Assembly: GCA_027218345.1 (NCBI GenBank)
Contig: GCA_027218345.1_3950.1
Direction: 5' to 3' (one strand)
From: a phage
DNA: 64,000 nt
The translations under genes were made by a program, and so were the position numbers. Below the pieces are notes generated by a model that was given only the letters and a program-made list of their open reading frames with translations, did no database searches and was not told the origin of the DNA. Of this stretch, positions 17,773-28,180 are shown piece after piece; the first letter of the stretch is position 1; the number at the start of each line of letters is the position of its first letter.

Positions 17773-18905
17773 TAAGGAACCTCTAAAAATCCACTATTCA
17801 AATCATCTACAACAGTATTCAACAGGTACGCGCCATTCTGTTGCTCCTGATTAGCATTCTGCTCTTTATCAATTTCCATCTTCTTAATCATGTACTTCAA
17901 AGGTGGTTCTTTAGGAGCTACAAAATCTCTTTGAATGCCAAACATATCATACAGTGGGGCAGCATTATAGTAAACCCACTCATGAAGAAGCTTTGTATTC
18001 AAGCCAACTACAGCACGTCCTTCGGAGAAGATATAATACGACCATTTCTCTTCACTTTCAACTACTTCATCTAAGATTACTTTAATCTCTGGAAGAATTT
18101 GTTGAAAAGCTTTCTGCCACTCATCATCTCTTAAAGTTTCTTTTAAAACTTCAATATCAATTTTAGTGTGAAGGATTTCGTCAAGCATAATTTTCTGGAC
18201 AGCTTGAGCAATACCCTGAAATTTATCTTGAGCATCAAGTGCAAAGGTACATGCAAAGGATGCCATAAAAGATATACCTTCAAGTGCAGTCACTGCAAAC
18301 AGCCCTTTTAGAATCACTTTATGGAAGTGTAAAGGGTCTTTGTCCAGAAGTGAATCACGCACATAACTCAGACGGTAGTTTATACCTTCATCCAGTAATT
18401 CTTCAAGAACACGATTCACAGTTTTTAATCGGTCTTGCACAGCAACATTCTGGTTAATCTCATCTAAGATTGTTTCAGGGTTTTTAATACATTGCCTCAC
18501 AATCTCTGAGTAAGTAAGAGCATGTAGGTTTTCAATCTCAGACTGCTTCATAATTGCAGTTGCATAGATGTCATCAGAGATAAATGGTGCAAAGGCAAAT
18601 GCCAAGCTCTTAGCAACTTGAGTATCCGCCTCCCATTGCCACTTAAGAATCTCAAGCATTACACCTGACATTGATGCTGGGACACTCTCAAAATCAAGAC
18701 GAGATTGTTCAAAAGGGAACTCATCTTCTGACCAGTCTTGTGCTTTTTGTTGTTTATAAAGTTCAAAGATTTTTGGGTAGTGTTTATTAAGTGAGTCAAA
18801 AGTTTTTCTCTCACCACCTAAAAAGATTGGGTGCTGGTTAATCATAGCGTGATTTCTCCTTTCTTTATCATTTCTAAGGCTTGTTTTCTGTCTAAAACTT
18901 CCCAA
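17772..18905 (-). CDS. nrdB: ribonucleotide reductase small subunit (class I beta)
   Basis: 377 aa, typical size and ferritin-like helical sequence; adjacent to nrdA. Confidence 0.75.
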   Translation of the reverse strand: MGSFRQKTSLRNDKERRNHAMINQHPIFLGGERKTFDSLNKHYPKIFELYKQQKAQDWSEDEFPFEQSRLDFESVPASMSGVMLEILKWQWEADTQVAKSLAFAFAPFISDDIYATAIMKQSEIENLHALTYSEIVRQCIKNPETILDEINQNVAVQDRLKTVNRVLEELLDEGINYRLSYVRDSLLDKDPLHFHKVILKGLFAVTALEGISFMASFACTFALDAQDKFQGIAQAVQKIMLDEILHTKIDIEVLKETLRDDEWQKAFQQILPEIKVILDEVVESEEKWSYYIFSEGRAVVGLNTKLLHEWVYYNAAPLYDMFGIQRDFVAPKEPPLKYMIKKMEIDKEQNANQEQQNGAYLLNTVVDDLNSGFLEVP

Positions 18906-19099
18906 TTTTCTTTGTTAAACATCTCATAAGGTCTTGCGTAGATTTTACCATCTGCTATAGAGATGTAAGAGATACCAGCAACCCATGAGTCATCCTTTTG
19001 TTTTATCATCATATCTGTGCTACTCACATAGTACATCGTTTTCCGAGGCTTGTGGAGCAAGTATATAGGCCGCTCATGTTTTTCTATTAAATCTTTCAT
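18842..19099 (-). CDS. hypothetical protein between nrdA and nrdB
   Basis: Track ORF 18842-19183; probable start at internal Met (MKDLIEK...). Confidence 0.3.
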   Translation of the reverse strand: MKDLIEKHERPIYLLHKPRKTMYYVSSTDMMIKQKDDSWVAGISYISIADGKIYARPYEMFNKENWEVLDRKQALEMIKKGEITL

Positions 19100-19154
19100 G
19101 GTCTCTCCAAAGTTATTTTTAAAGGGTCTTTTACGACCCTCATAGTTGTTAAAA

Positions 19155-21389
19155 CTAAACACCACAACCCTCGCAATAAGCATCTTGCAGTGCAGATTTA
19201 CCTACACCAATGCGACTGTTAAGGTAGTACATGGTTTTCATACCTACCGAGTTGGCATAAATCATGTACTTCAAAGCTTGAGCCAATGATACCTTCTTAG
19301 CTTTTGCGTAGTCAACATAGAAGTCTGAAGAGATAGCTTGACCAGTGAACTTTTGAACAATTGCATAACAATCAATCAGGTCAAAGGTGTCAATACCCCA
19401 AGCAATTTCATAGACATACTTCAACTCTTCATAATCTGGAACAATAAACAGTACGTTACCAGTTGCAGACTTTTTAGTTAAAATAAAGTCACGAATTGGG
19501 TACAAGCCATTTGTTGTATTAGTTGCTAGTGAAGAACTCTCGTTAGGCATGTAAGCTTCTAATACAGAGTTACGGATTCCACCATTTTCTTTAATACGTT
19601 GTGCTAAGTCATCCCAATCATATCTTAGTTTTGCATCATGCTTCTCATCAATCTTCTTGTTAGCTGTCTTTGGAGGAACCCACCCTTCAGGATACTTAGT
19701 GAACTGCATATACTCAGGTACACCACGTTCTTTAGCAAGTCTTAAAGAAGCTTCGTGTAAGTAGTAAGAGTGCATTTCAGCAAGCTCATGAAGCTTCGTC
19801 TTACCTGCCCTTGAAGAATAGTTCACGTAGTTCTTCGCAAGGTAATGAGCCACATTCGTAAGGCCAATCCCAACAGAGCGACGCTTCTGAACATGGTTGC
19901 GCATCGACGGATACGGATAATCCATAAGGTCAATAACGGAGTCAACCATTGCAAGAGCATAATAAGCAACGTCAGCGTATTCATCTTCTGAAATTCTCCC
20001 TGCAACCAAACTAGCTAGGAAGCAAAGAGCCACCTCACCATCCTCTTTCACAGCATCGTCTCTGTAAAGGTCTGTCTCCTTCTCAAAGCCGTATACTGGC
20101 AACACAATTTCCATACAAAGATTTGACATCTTCAAAGGCTCTTTAAATGGTGTATGTGTGTTTGCATTATTTGTGAAGAATGGGTACACACGACCTGTTG
20201 CGTAACGTTGCTGGATAAACAGTTTAGCAATTTCACGAGCCTTTACTCGTCTGTGCTTAACACCAGAATGTACTGCGTGACCAACTGCCATAGCAAACTC
20301 ATCAGCAGATGCAGTGTAGAACATATCATAAAGTTTTGGTGCATCCTTGTAAGAGAATAGCAACCAATCTGTATCATATTGAACACACTGCCAGAAATAA
20401 TCATTTGTACCAAATGAGTAGTCCATCTCATTAATACGTTTAGAAGGGACCGTTGTAGGGTGCTTCAAACGTAGTAAATCTTCAATCTGCGGGTCTAGAG
20501 CGGTGTAGAAGTTGTTAGCTGAACCACCACGACTCTTCTGTTTATTTGCCTCTACAGATGAACGTACAAGCTTGTAATAAGGTAGTTTACCCATGTGTTC
20601 AATAGTGTTTTGACGGATACCATCACCAATAGTACGAGTCTCCATCAACATACCAATACCAGCTTGCTTCGTAGTCATATCATAAGCAACCTTTGCAGCA
20701 ATACCCAGCGACTCAGCAGTATCGTTTGCCTTAATCAAACAGCATGACGCATAACCTGACTTAGTAGCACGTAAACCATTCAGATAAGGCGTAGGAGCGT
20801 TAATCTTCAGGTCAGATAGGTAAGTGTACAGCTTAATAACATCTTGCAGTCTACGGTGCTTTGGTTGCTTCTCGAAGGCTTTCATAGCCATACCCATAAA
20901 CATAAATTGTGGTGACTCAAAAAGTCTTCCCGTTTTAATATCACGGATACCATATTTATCTCTGAACTGCTTCAACACTGCATAGCCGTAAGAGATATCT
21001 TTTGAGTGCACAATGTATCCTTGCAGATATTCAAGCTCTTCCTGAGAATAGTCCATCTTCTCCCAAAGTCCTGCTCTCTCCATATTTTTAACGAAGGTAA
21101 CCAGCGTAGGAACCTTAGTAAAGCCTCCAAAGGCTTCTTTGTAGATAATACCCAAAAGCAGTCGTCCAGCCATATCTGAGTACTCTTGAGTTTGTTTATC
21201 AACACAAACATCAATCATGGCTTGGTGCATCTCTTTTGTAGTGCAACCCTCATAGACACGTTTCATAGCTTCCATAGTGACTTCTGACCAGATAATTCCA
21301 CGTTTATCTGCCCATGATGCCCACTTATTCAGTCTTTCTGGGTCAAAGCTTACTACTGTACCGTTTGATTTTTTAATTGTCTTAATCAT
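19155..21389 (-). CDS. nrdA: ribonucleotide reductase large subunit (class I alpha)
   Basis: 744 aa with N-terminal ATP-cone-like region and C-terminal Cys pair; NrdA-like throughout. Confidence 0.8.
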   Translation of the reverse strand: MIKTIKKSNGTVVSFDPERLNKWASWADKRGIIWSEVTMEAMKRVYEGCTTKEMHQAMIDVCVDKQTQEYSDMAGRLLLGIIYKEAFGGFTKVPTLVTFVKNMERAGLWEKMDYSQEELEYLQGYIVHSKDISYGYAVLKQFRDKYGIRDIKTGRLFESPQFMFMGMAMKAFEKQPKHRRLQDVIKLYTYLSDLKINAPTPYLNGLRATKSGYASCCLIKANDTAESLGIAAKVAYDMTTKQAGIGMLMETRTIGDGIRQNTIEHMGKLPYYKLVRSSVEANKQKSRGGSANNFYTALDPQIEDLLRLKHPTTVPSKRINEMDYSFGTNDYFWQCVQYDTDWLLFSYKDAPKLYDMFYTASADEFAMAVGHAVHSGVKHRRVKAREIAKLFIQQRYATGRVYPFFTNNANTHTPFKEPLKMSNLCMEIVLPVYGFEKETDLYRDDAVKEDGEVALCFLASLVAGRISEDEYADVAYYALAMVDSVIDLMDYPYPSMRNHVQKRRSVGIGLTNVAHYLAKNYVNYSSRAGKTKLHELAEMHSYYLHEASLRLAKERGVPEYMQFTKYPEGWVPPKTANKKIDEKHDAKLRYDWDDLAQRIKENGGIRNSVLEAYMPNESSSLATNTTNGLYPIRDFILTKKSATGNVLFIVPDYEELKYVYEIAWGIDTFDLIDCYAIVQKFTGQAISSDFYVDYAKAKKVSLAQALKYMIYANSVGMKTMYYLNSRIGVGKSALQDAYCEGCGV

Positions 21390-21406
21390 TTTTGAATCCT
21401 ACAGAT

Positions 21407-21429
21407 GAAAAGAGCCTCCGAAGAGGCTC
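21407..21429 (-). terminator. rho-independent terminator (GAGCCTC-CGAA-GAGGCTC)
   Basis: 7-bp stem with tetraloop, A-run on plus side; upstream of nrdA start. Confidence 0.5.
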
Positions 21430-21435
21430 CCTAGT

Positions 21436-21774
21436 TTAAATCTTGAAAATTTGCTCATTCTGCCACATATCGTAAAACTTATCACTTACTTTTGTGACTG
21501 AAGAAGTGTGCATACAATTCAGGGAGAACCATGATGATGTATTATCATCCATAAGTGTTTCAAGTTTTTGTGTAACGTTCACATCCATGTCTGCAACAAC
21601 GTAATTGCCTCGCATCTTGCAAACAATTCTTCCAAACAAGATTGCACTTCTACCTCTTCGGTCATCACAGTACATAACTGTGTCCCCGTGCTTAACATCT
21701 TGTCCGAGGCTGTCAACGCCTAACTTAGCACCTGAGACAATATCATCATAAGATAACTTTTTTGCTTTAGACAC
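21436..21774 (-). CDS. hypothetical protein
   Basis: 112-aa ORF. Confidence 0.35.
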   Translation of the reverse strand: MSKAKKLSYDDIVSGAKLGVDSLGQDVKHGDTVMYCDDRRGRSAILFGRIVCKMRGNYVVADMDVNVTQKLETLMDDNTSSWFSLNCMHTSSVTKVSDKFYDMWQNEQIFKI

Positions 21775-22099
21775 GGTATTTCTCCAAGTTTCTTTTTAGA
21801 TATAACCAACCATAGTCAGTCCTTTCTACACCCATAAAGAGCGGAGCCATCACAACTTTACCGAAAGTATTTCTGTGTTGGCAGATTTCAAAGGAATACT
21901 CTTTCTCAATATCAATCCCATATTTGTACAGGACTGCTTTTAAAACTTGTTCATTGTCCAGAAGTGTATCTGGAGTCTCACCATATTTTTCTAGTAACGG
22001 GTCATTCATGAACACCGTCATAGAAATATTGTAGTTTGAGAAGTGGCTCTTCTGAGCCACACCCTCTTTATTAATGTTCTGTGAATCCATTATAACCAA
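21767..22099 (-). CDS. hypothetical protein
   Basis: 110-aa ORF. Confidence 0.35.
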   Translation of the reverse strand: MVIMDSQNINKEGVAQKSHFSNYNISMTVFMNDPLLEKYGETPDTLLDNEQVLKAVLYKYGIDIEKEYSFEICQHRNTFGKVVMAPLFMGVERTDYGWLYLKRNLEKYRV

Positions 22100-22826
22100 C
22101 CCCTTTTAACCAGCACTTCAGGTTATTAGCATCATAATTCAGTTTCGGGTATGAGGTTACATGGAACTGCTCACCATCATAATAGACAATATCTGCAATC
22201 CATAGTCCATTCTCTTTACAGAAGTCTTTATCTGCTTTAGAGGTAATTGGATTAACTTCTACAAAACCATCTACACCCAAATCCTTTAAGCTACCTACAA
22301 TACCTTTGCAGATAACGCATGTCTCAGATACTACCACAAAAAGTTCTTGGCTTTCAAGTTCTACAATGTATTCACCAAGCTGTACTTTTGGGAGATTCGA
22401 TTGCTTCATAATCTTCCCATCGGCTACACGAACAATTGCGTACCACTCTTTACCATCAACTATTGACATTCTGACAATACAATCTTGACCAGTACGCTTC
22501 TCAATATCTGCAAGACGTTTTAAAGCTTCTTCATAGTTATCTGTGTACTTCAGGTCATTATTATGGCAAACAGCTTTCATAGCACCGTTATGGTCATGTT
22601 GTGACAGATAAATCAAGCCGTCAAGAACATATTGCAAATCTGCCTGAGCATCCAGTGTCTCAATGGGGTCTTTCTCTTCAATTGCTTTTACAAGCTCTTT
22701 TGCTTCTTCAAGCATACACAGAGATTGAGATTTCAAAGATTCCCAATACTCATTACTGTAAGGTTGCTTTTGAGTGTTTCCACAACGAAGGTTCCAGTTT
22801 TTTACTGATTCTCTTGAGTTAAACAT
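22071..22826 (-). CDS. MazG/HisE-like NTP pyrophosphohydrolase domain protein with unknown C-terminal domain
   Basis: N-terminal EEAKELVKAIEE...DAQADLQYVLDGLIY matches the MazG EExxE...ADLLYHL pattern. Confidence 0.4.
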   Translation of the reverse strand: MFNSRESVKNWNLRCGNTQKQPYSNEYWESLKSQSLCMLEEAKELVKAIEEKDPIETLDAQADLQYVLDGLIYLSQHDHNGAMKAVCHNNDLKYTDNYEEALKRLADIEKRTGQDCIVRMSIVDGKEWYAIVRVADGKIMKQSNLPKVQLGEYIVELESQELFVVVSETCVICKGIVGSLKDLGVDGFVEVNPITSKADKDFCKENGLWIADIVYYDGEQFHVTSYPKLNYDANNLKCWLKGVGYNGFTEH

Positions 22827-23065
22827 TCGGACTCCTTAAAATATTTGTTAACCTTTAGCTCTCGTGTTTCAATATATTCTAGATGCTCACGTAGCTCTTG
22901 ACGTTTAAGCATTAGGTGCTGCATTTGAGACTCAACAGCTTCAACTTCTTTAATTATTGATTCTCTAGCATTTGCAAGGATGCGCTCAAGTTCTTCAATC
23001 TTGCTGTCAACTTTTGCTACATGACTCACAGCTTTGCTTTTGTTAAACATTTTATTCTCTCTCAA
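22802..23065 (-). CDS. hypothetical coiled-coil protein
   Basis: 87 aa, heptad-rich charged sequence. Confidence 0.3.
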   Translation of the reverse strand: MRENKMFNKSKAVSHVAKVDSKIEELERILANARESIIKEVEAVESQMQHLMLKRQELREHLEYIETRELKVNKYFKESECLTQENQ

Positions 23066-23071
23066 TAGTTG

Positions 23072-23569
23072 TCAAGCACAATTTGCTTTCATTACCTTAT
23101 GGATTCTTTTTTCAGCGTCTTCATAAGTTTCTTTAGTGATAAACTTAATTGCTGCAATATTGGCATTGTAGAAGAGTCTGAGCTTCGAGTCAATCCTTTT
23201 TGTCATTACATCGAATTTATGTTGAAGGTTAGCTTCACCATAAACTAGGCCACCTTTTGTGTAGTAGGTCTGAATAATGTAAAAGTCAAAAAATTCTTTT
23301 CCAAAGCTTTCAATATCTTTTTTAATATACTCAGAAGAAGTTTCATAAGTCATCCAATCACTCTCCTTAGTAACTACCTTCTTCCGAGTCTTGCCAGCAA
23401 CTTTTCTTTTGGTCACGCTATTAAACTGTTTCCTTCCGATATAATATTGCCCAGTCTTCTTACAGTGTACTAAATAGACAAAACCAAAATGTTTAGTGGG
23501 GTCAACTTCCCCACATAAAGATACCCAATGACCGTAGGTGGGGCAATTGCCAAATCCTTTAATTTTCAT
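23072..23569 (-). CDS. GIY-YIG domain protein (possible free-standing homing endonuclease)
   Basis: GFVYLVHCKKTGQYYIGRKQ resembles the GIY...YIG catalytic motif; sits between conserved genes. Confidence 0.4.
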   Translation of the reverse strand: MKIKGFGNCPTYGHWVSLCGEVDPTKHFGFVYLVHCKKTGQYYIGRKQFNSVTKRKVAGKTRKKVVTKESDWMTYETSSEYIKKDIESFGKEFFDFYIIQTYYTKGGLVYGEANLQHKFDVMTKRIDSKLRLFYNANIAAIKFITKETYEDAEKRIHKVMKANCA

Positions 23570-24599
23570 TCATACATGGCTCCCAATTATATTTCTTAAA
23601 AGTGAAATCGTCTTTCTTGTTTCTTTCCTGATAAGCTAAGAAAAAGTGTTGCTGCATTAACTCTAAAGGTGTTCTGGTAATTGTTTGACCATCCCATGAT
23701 ACATAAGTGTAGGAGTCTTTCTTAGCATATAGCTCGTAAATTGCATCAAGACACTCTTTATAAGTATTTTTCCCTTCAAGAGCCTTCATCACAGCAGCTT
23801 TGCCAACACCCTTTAAACCAAAATAATTATCCGCATTATCACCAGCCACAGCTTGGTAACAAAGAAATTTAAAACCTACCCCAACTGTCTTCTTAGCTTT
23901 TGGTGTCGATTTTATTGGACAATCCCAAATTTCACCAACGTTGTTATCAGCAATGAAAATCAAAGGTGACTTTTCATAGGTCATATCAATGCAGTAAGTC
24001 CCTTCAGCTTGACGAAGGTCTTTATCAATACTCATTAAGGCAGCCTTTTTTCCCATCTTTTCAGCTTTAGCAATAACGATAGAGTCAGCTTCAAATCCAT
24101 CAAGAATCAATTTGAACTCTGGTCTTGACAGAAGGTATTCACGACAAGCGACTAAGTGTGTTGGTGTGACAGCATCTTTACGGTTACCTTGATATTGGTG
24201 CTCAAGACCTTTAATGTCTTTGTGTTTATGCACACCTTTCTCTGTTAAATAACCTACCCAAGTTCTTTCTTTACCAACAACCTTAAGCCATTCCTGAAGC
24301 ACCTGTTGAGTAGCCATGATAGCTTCTTTTTCACTCTTAGCTTCTTTCCAAGTCTGTCTTTCCCATTCATCTTCATCAAATGTCAGGCCAAGTTCTTCCA
24401 CAAGGATTCTCTGGTCTGCTAACCATCTTGCAGCATCTTTCGCATTGTCAAATGGTTCAGATTCTTCTGCTGTGAGTTTATTGACGTATTTATATTTTGC
24501 TTTCTCAACTACACAAGCACCTTTATAGGCAATGCTGTCAGAGTCAATAAAAACATGTGTAACTGAATCGGGAAGTTTTGTTAATGTGTACTTCTCCAT
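23559..24599 (-). CDS. 5'-3' exonuclease / flap endonuclease (RNase H-like)
   Basis: N-terminal acidic cluster HVFIDSDSIAY and helix-3-turn-helix motif GDNADNYFGLKGVGKAA. Confidence 0.65.
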   Translation of the reverse strand: MEKYTLTKLPDSVTHVFIDSDSIAYKGACVVEKAKYKYVNKLTAEESEPFDNAKDAARWLADQRILVEELGLTFDEDEWERQTWKEAKSEKEAIMATQQVLQEWLKVVGKERTWVGYLTEKGVHKHKDIKGLEHQYQGNRKDAVTPTHLVACREYLLSRPEFKLILDGFEADSIVIAKAEKMGKKAALMSIDKDLRQAEGTYCIDMTYEKSPLIFIADNNVGEIWDCPIKSTPKAKKTVGVGFKFLCYQAVAGDNADNYFGLKGVGKAAVMKALEGKNTYKECLDAIYELYAKKDSYTYVSWDGQTITRTPLELMQQHFFLAYQERNKKDDFTFKKYNWEPCMNEN

Positions 24600-24661
24600 T
24601 ATGGCTCTCCATATGAAAAAGCCCCATACTAAGTACAGGGCTTTAAAGTAACTTTTAGAGA

Positions 24662-25519
24662 TTAGTCTTCTGTATCGAAGTCTTCATCTTCTTCGTCATC
24701 TGGGTCTGGCAAATCTTCATCATCACCATCATCAGAATCATTCGAAGGTTTATGGTCTTTTGCGTCTTCTTCAGTGATTTCACCGTTATCTTCAACACCA
24801 TCAAGACCAAGCATAGCCAGTTCGTCTTCATCCAGTTCAGGTTCACCGTTAGCACCGTTACCACCAGTGTAAGGTACAAGAGTATCAATGATAAACTGTT
24901 CCTGAATAGGTTTTGTCAGAACATTGTTCTCAAAAGTGTAGAAGTGAGTAGAAAGAATCACACTACCAAAAGAACCGTTACCGACTGCAATATCTGGATG
25001 AATTACATCATAGTTCTTGTCATCTTCATGTTTATCAGATGCTTGAGCTTTGATTTTCTTCATCGGCTGTTTAACAGCTACACGCTTACCATTTACTTCT
25101 TCAATCAGCATCACAGGGAATGACTGTTTAGCTGTCCATACAGCACCATCTTTATAAGCTGCTGCACGACTTACTTTCAAGATGTGGTAAGTGTCTGCTT
25201 CAAATGGTGGTTTGCAACCAAACTTCTCTTCGAAGTCATCTGCATCAACTGCTTCAGTAGTAACTTTATCCCAACCTTCTGGGTTTTTCTTAGACTTAGT
25301 AAACTCTTTAAATAGTTTGTTACCATCTTCTGCCAGAATTGAAACACTGTAGTTACAATCTTTTCCTGGGAATTTCTTATCAATGGATTTACCTTTTGCC
25401 GGACGTGGTGAAGTGTTCAGGTAATAAAACCAAACATCTTTCAACAGGTAACGCAGAGTTTGACGTTCAGTACCATTGTACTTCTCTACCGGAGCTTTCA
25501 TTTTAACAACTTTAGACAT
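24662..25519 (-). CDS. single-stranded DNA-binding protein-like, acidic C-terminal tail
   Basis: 285 aa ending in DDGDDEDLPDPDDEEDEDFDTED; located in replication cluster. Confidence 0.4.
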   Translation of the reverse strand: MSKVVKMKAPVEKYNGTERQTLRYLLKDVWFYYLNTSPRPAKGKSIDKKFPGKDCNYSVSILAEDGNKLFKEFTKSKKNPEGWDKVTTEAVDADDFEEKFGCKPPFEADTYHILKVSRAAAYKDGAVWTAKQSFPVMLIEEVNGKRVAVKQPMKKIKAQASDKHEDDKNYDVIHPDIAVGNGSFGSVILSTHFYTFENNVLTKPIQEQFIIDTLVPYTGGNGANGEPELDEDELAMLGLDGVEDNGEITEEDAKDHKPSNDSDDGDDEDLPDPDDEEDEDFDTED

Positions 25520-25737
25520 TATTTAAACCTCTATCTCAATTTATGAAGAGTACCAATTCTAATTTGTTGATACTCTATTGTCAAACATTAATTACTGGAA
25601 GTTGTGCTTATCTTTAGAAGCTGCTTTACGTGCAGTTTTTCCAGTTCTTACACGCTTCTCTTCATAGTATTTTGCTGGTTTACCAGCAGTGGCTTTTAAG
25701 GAATCCCCAAAAACTTGTTCAAATGCTTTAGAGTGTT

Positions 25738-26025
25738 TCATGATATTCTCCGATATACTTGATATTCAAACACATTTTCTTTAATTATAAACAGCCAACC
25801 AATATTATGTCGAGGTATAGTAATAGTGACTGTTATTATACTGTGATGGAACTTTTCTTCTACCTCAACGCCTCCATCACATTTCATGTAGAGCATTCTA
25901 TAGAACCTATCAACCTTTGTCAAACACTCTTCCTGAAATTTATTTAAACTTTTTTCTTCAAAGAAGGGTATGAACCCCTCTCTTTTATAACTATCACTCA
26001 GTTTCAAACGGGCAGTCATCTGCAT
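25738..26025 (-). CDS. hypothetical protein
   Basis: 95-aa ORF upstream of SSB-like gene. Confidence 0.3.
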   Translation of the reverse strand: MQMTARLKLSDSYKREGFIPFFEEKSLNKFQEECLTKVDRFYRMLYMKCDGGVEVEEKFHHSIITVTITIPRHNIGWLFIIKENVFEYQVYRRIS

Positions 26026-27985
26026 CCTCGCTTAATACAGGTGGAATTGTTGAGCTTTGACGTTGTTCTTCAGTATAGACTTCACCAGTCTCACGGTCAA
26101 ACACTTCATCCTCATAATGAGGTAAAGAGTCATCGTAATGGTCTTCAGCTTCACCAATACCAAACTGTTGACGAATATTTTCTGCTGCACCATCAATATC
26201 AACACCACATCCAGAAGCTTTGATAAGACGTCCTGTATCTGGATTGTACCAAGTATGACCAGCAATACCTGTTGACTTACCATGACGACGACATTTAGTT
26301 AACTTGATTTTTGTCAAGTTTTTCTTAACAGGGTCTGGGTCAACCTTGTTACGCATTAACAGAATGTTGTTCATAGAAATCTGGAAATACGCACCAGAGC
26401 CTTTGATATCCTCTTCAGAGATATCTCCACCTTCAGAGTTGGCTTTCTGACCACCTGCACTCTTACGAACGTGACAGACGTTTACCTGTGCATACTGGTA
26501 GCGTTTGCAACGACGCAATAGCTCAGATAAAACTTCCTCTTCATCCGTATCTGAACGTGACAGAGCCAACGTAATAGGGTCAAGAATAATAATCTTACAG
26601 TCTAAGCTGTTAACAAGATAGTCAACAAACTCCAGCAAGTTATCTTGGTCAATTGCCCCTTGATGGTCTACGATGTGGATACGACGACCTTTAGACAGTT
26701 CTGCGTGTGCCTTCTTCAATTCATCCCAATCACGTTCGTCATAAGGAATCTCAGAAATCTGCTTGCTTAGGTGGATTGCACAGAGCATCTCCATCAACTC
26801 TTCATAGGTATCTTCTACAGGAATTACACCAATATTGTAATCGGTATCTTTCCAAGCAGTATAAATCATTTCACGAGTGTATGCAGATTTACCCACTGAA
26901 GATGGTGCTGCCAGAGTTGTAATCTCACCTAAACCATAACCGCCATAAGTCAGTCTGTTCAAATCTCCGAAAGATTCTGGGAAAGGAATCAATGGAATCT
27001 GACCACGATTCTTCATTGCCTCAAAACCATCTGCGAAGTTCTTGATACCAGCAGGACAGTAACGAGGTGCATTGTAGATACGCTGCTTAAATCCTTCCAG
27101 AACTGTATCTTTCTCTTTATAGAACTTTGTCCACCATTCGTTAAGGTCTTTTACACCTTCTGGATACTGGAATAAACGAACCTTCTCAATAGGGAGGATA
27201 CCAGCAGCCTCTTTGGTAGCTTTAGCACCTGCTTCATCGTTATCAAAGCACAAGTAAATCTCATCAAATGATGTGATGTACTGATAGTTGTCTTTGATAG
27301 ACTTAATGTTTGCACCGGATGGAACAGATACGTGACAGTAATTCTTACGACGAGACTTGTCTTTAATCGCAAGAGAAGTCATATAGATTGCTGTCGCACA
27401 TTCCATCTCACCTTCCCAGATGAATAGACGGTTACCACCTTCTGGAGCAATCCATGAACCGAACATTGCCAGCTCACCTTTAATGTCTCCAACACCACCA
27501 GAAAAGTCTTTTAGCTTACCACGTAGGTGCTCTTTTGGATGGTCTTCTGGGTAACGGTGACGAACACGGTAGCCAACATGCTCTAGTTTGCCATCTTCAT
27601 TGCGTTTGTAAGTTGGGTAGAAATGTGCGTCAATTTCACCATCACTGTCAATGTCAACCTTGATACCTAAGCGTTCAAGAACTTTTGCAGGAATCTTCCT
27701 ATCTTTCAAGTCCATAGCTTCTAGGTTTTCTTTTACATCTTCTAAGTCCATTCCACGGAAAGTACGGTTTTTATTGTCTGAACCAGTAGAATAAGTGCTC
27801 ACGATTTGTCCTTTATCAAAATCCCACTCTGGGAAACCTTTGTTACAACTAAAGCAAGTCATTGAATAAGAATCATCGTCATGATGATAGATTGAACCAG
27901 CATCTGATGAACCACAACGTGGACATGCACAATGACCAATAAACTGACCAGCCTCTTTCAATTTACGACCTTTAGACATTAGCAC
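25994..27985 (-). CDS. DNA primase/helicase (T7 gp4-like)
   Basis: N-terminal Zn finger CPRCG...CFSCN, central primase region, C-terminal DnaB-like Walker A PSSVGKSAYT. Confidence 0.7.
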   Translation of the reverse strand: MLMSKGRKLKEAGQFIGHCACPRCGSSDAGSIYHHDDDSYSMTCFSCNKGFPEWDFDKGQIVSTYSTGSDNKNRTFRGMDLEDVKENLEAMDLKDRKIPAKVLERLGIKVDIDSDGEIDAHFYPTYKRNEDGKLEHVGYRVRHRYPEDHPKEHLRGKLKDFSGGVGDIKGELAMFGSWIAPEGGNRLFIWEGEMECATAIYMTSLAIKDKSRRKNYCHVSVPSGANIKSIKDNYQYITSFDEIYLCFDNDEAGAKATKEAAGILPIEKVRLFQYPEGVKDLNEWWTKFYKEKDTVLEGFKQRIYNAPRYCPAGIKNFADGFEAMKNRGQIPLIPFPESFGDLNRLTYGGYGLGEITTLAAPSSVGKSAYTREMIYTAWKDTDYNIGVIPVEDTYEELMEMLCAIHLSKQISEIPYDERDWDELKKAHAELSKGRRIHIVDHQGAIDQDNLLEFVDYLVNSLDCKIIILDPITLALSRSDTDEEEVLSELLRRCKRYQYAQVNVCHVRKSAGGQKANSEGGDISEEDIKGSGAYFQISMNNILLMRNKVDPDPVKKNLTKIKLTKCRRHGKSTGIAGHTWYNPDTGRLIKASGCGVDIDGAAENIRQQFGIGEAEDHYDDSLPHYEDEVFDRETGEVYTEEQRQSSTIPPVLSEDADDCPFETE

Positions 27986-28172
27986 CTCTTCGTTGTAGTT
28001 CTGCCTTCAATCCGTTTTCAATCTTGTCCAGTTCATGAATTTCATCTGCAATCTCTTTCCTTCGTGATTCAACTCTCTTAAGACGTTCAATCATTACCTC
28101 ATTGGAAAGAGATGAGAGTTCCACTAAACGGTGGTCAATAACTTTAAAATTGTCTTTTACTCTCATCTTCAC
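27972..28172 (-). CDS. hypothetical protein
   Basis: 66-aa charged/coiled ORF. Confidence 0.3.
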   Translation of the reverse strand: MKMRVKDNFKVIDHRLVELSSLSNEVMIERLKRVESRRKEIADEIHELDKIENGLKAELQRRGANV

Positions 28173-28180
28173 TCTCTCTT

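Noticed and set aside
24655-24888. 77-aa ORF overlapping the 3' end of the SSB-like gene in another frame
   Set aside because: Same-strand overlap within a longer, better-supported ORF; Lys/Met-rich low-complexity product.
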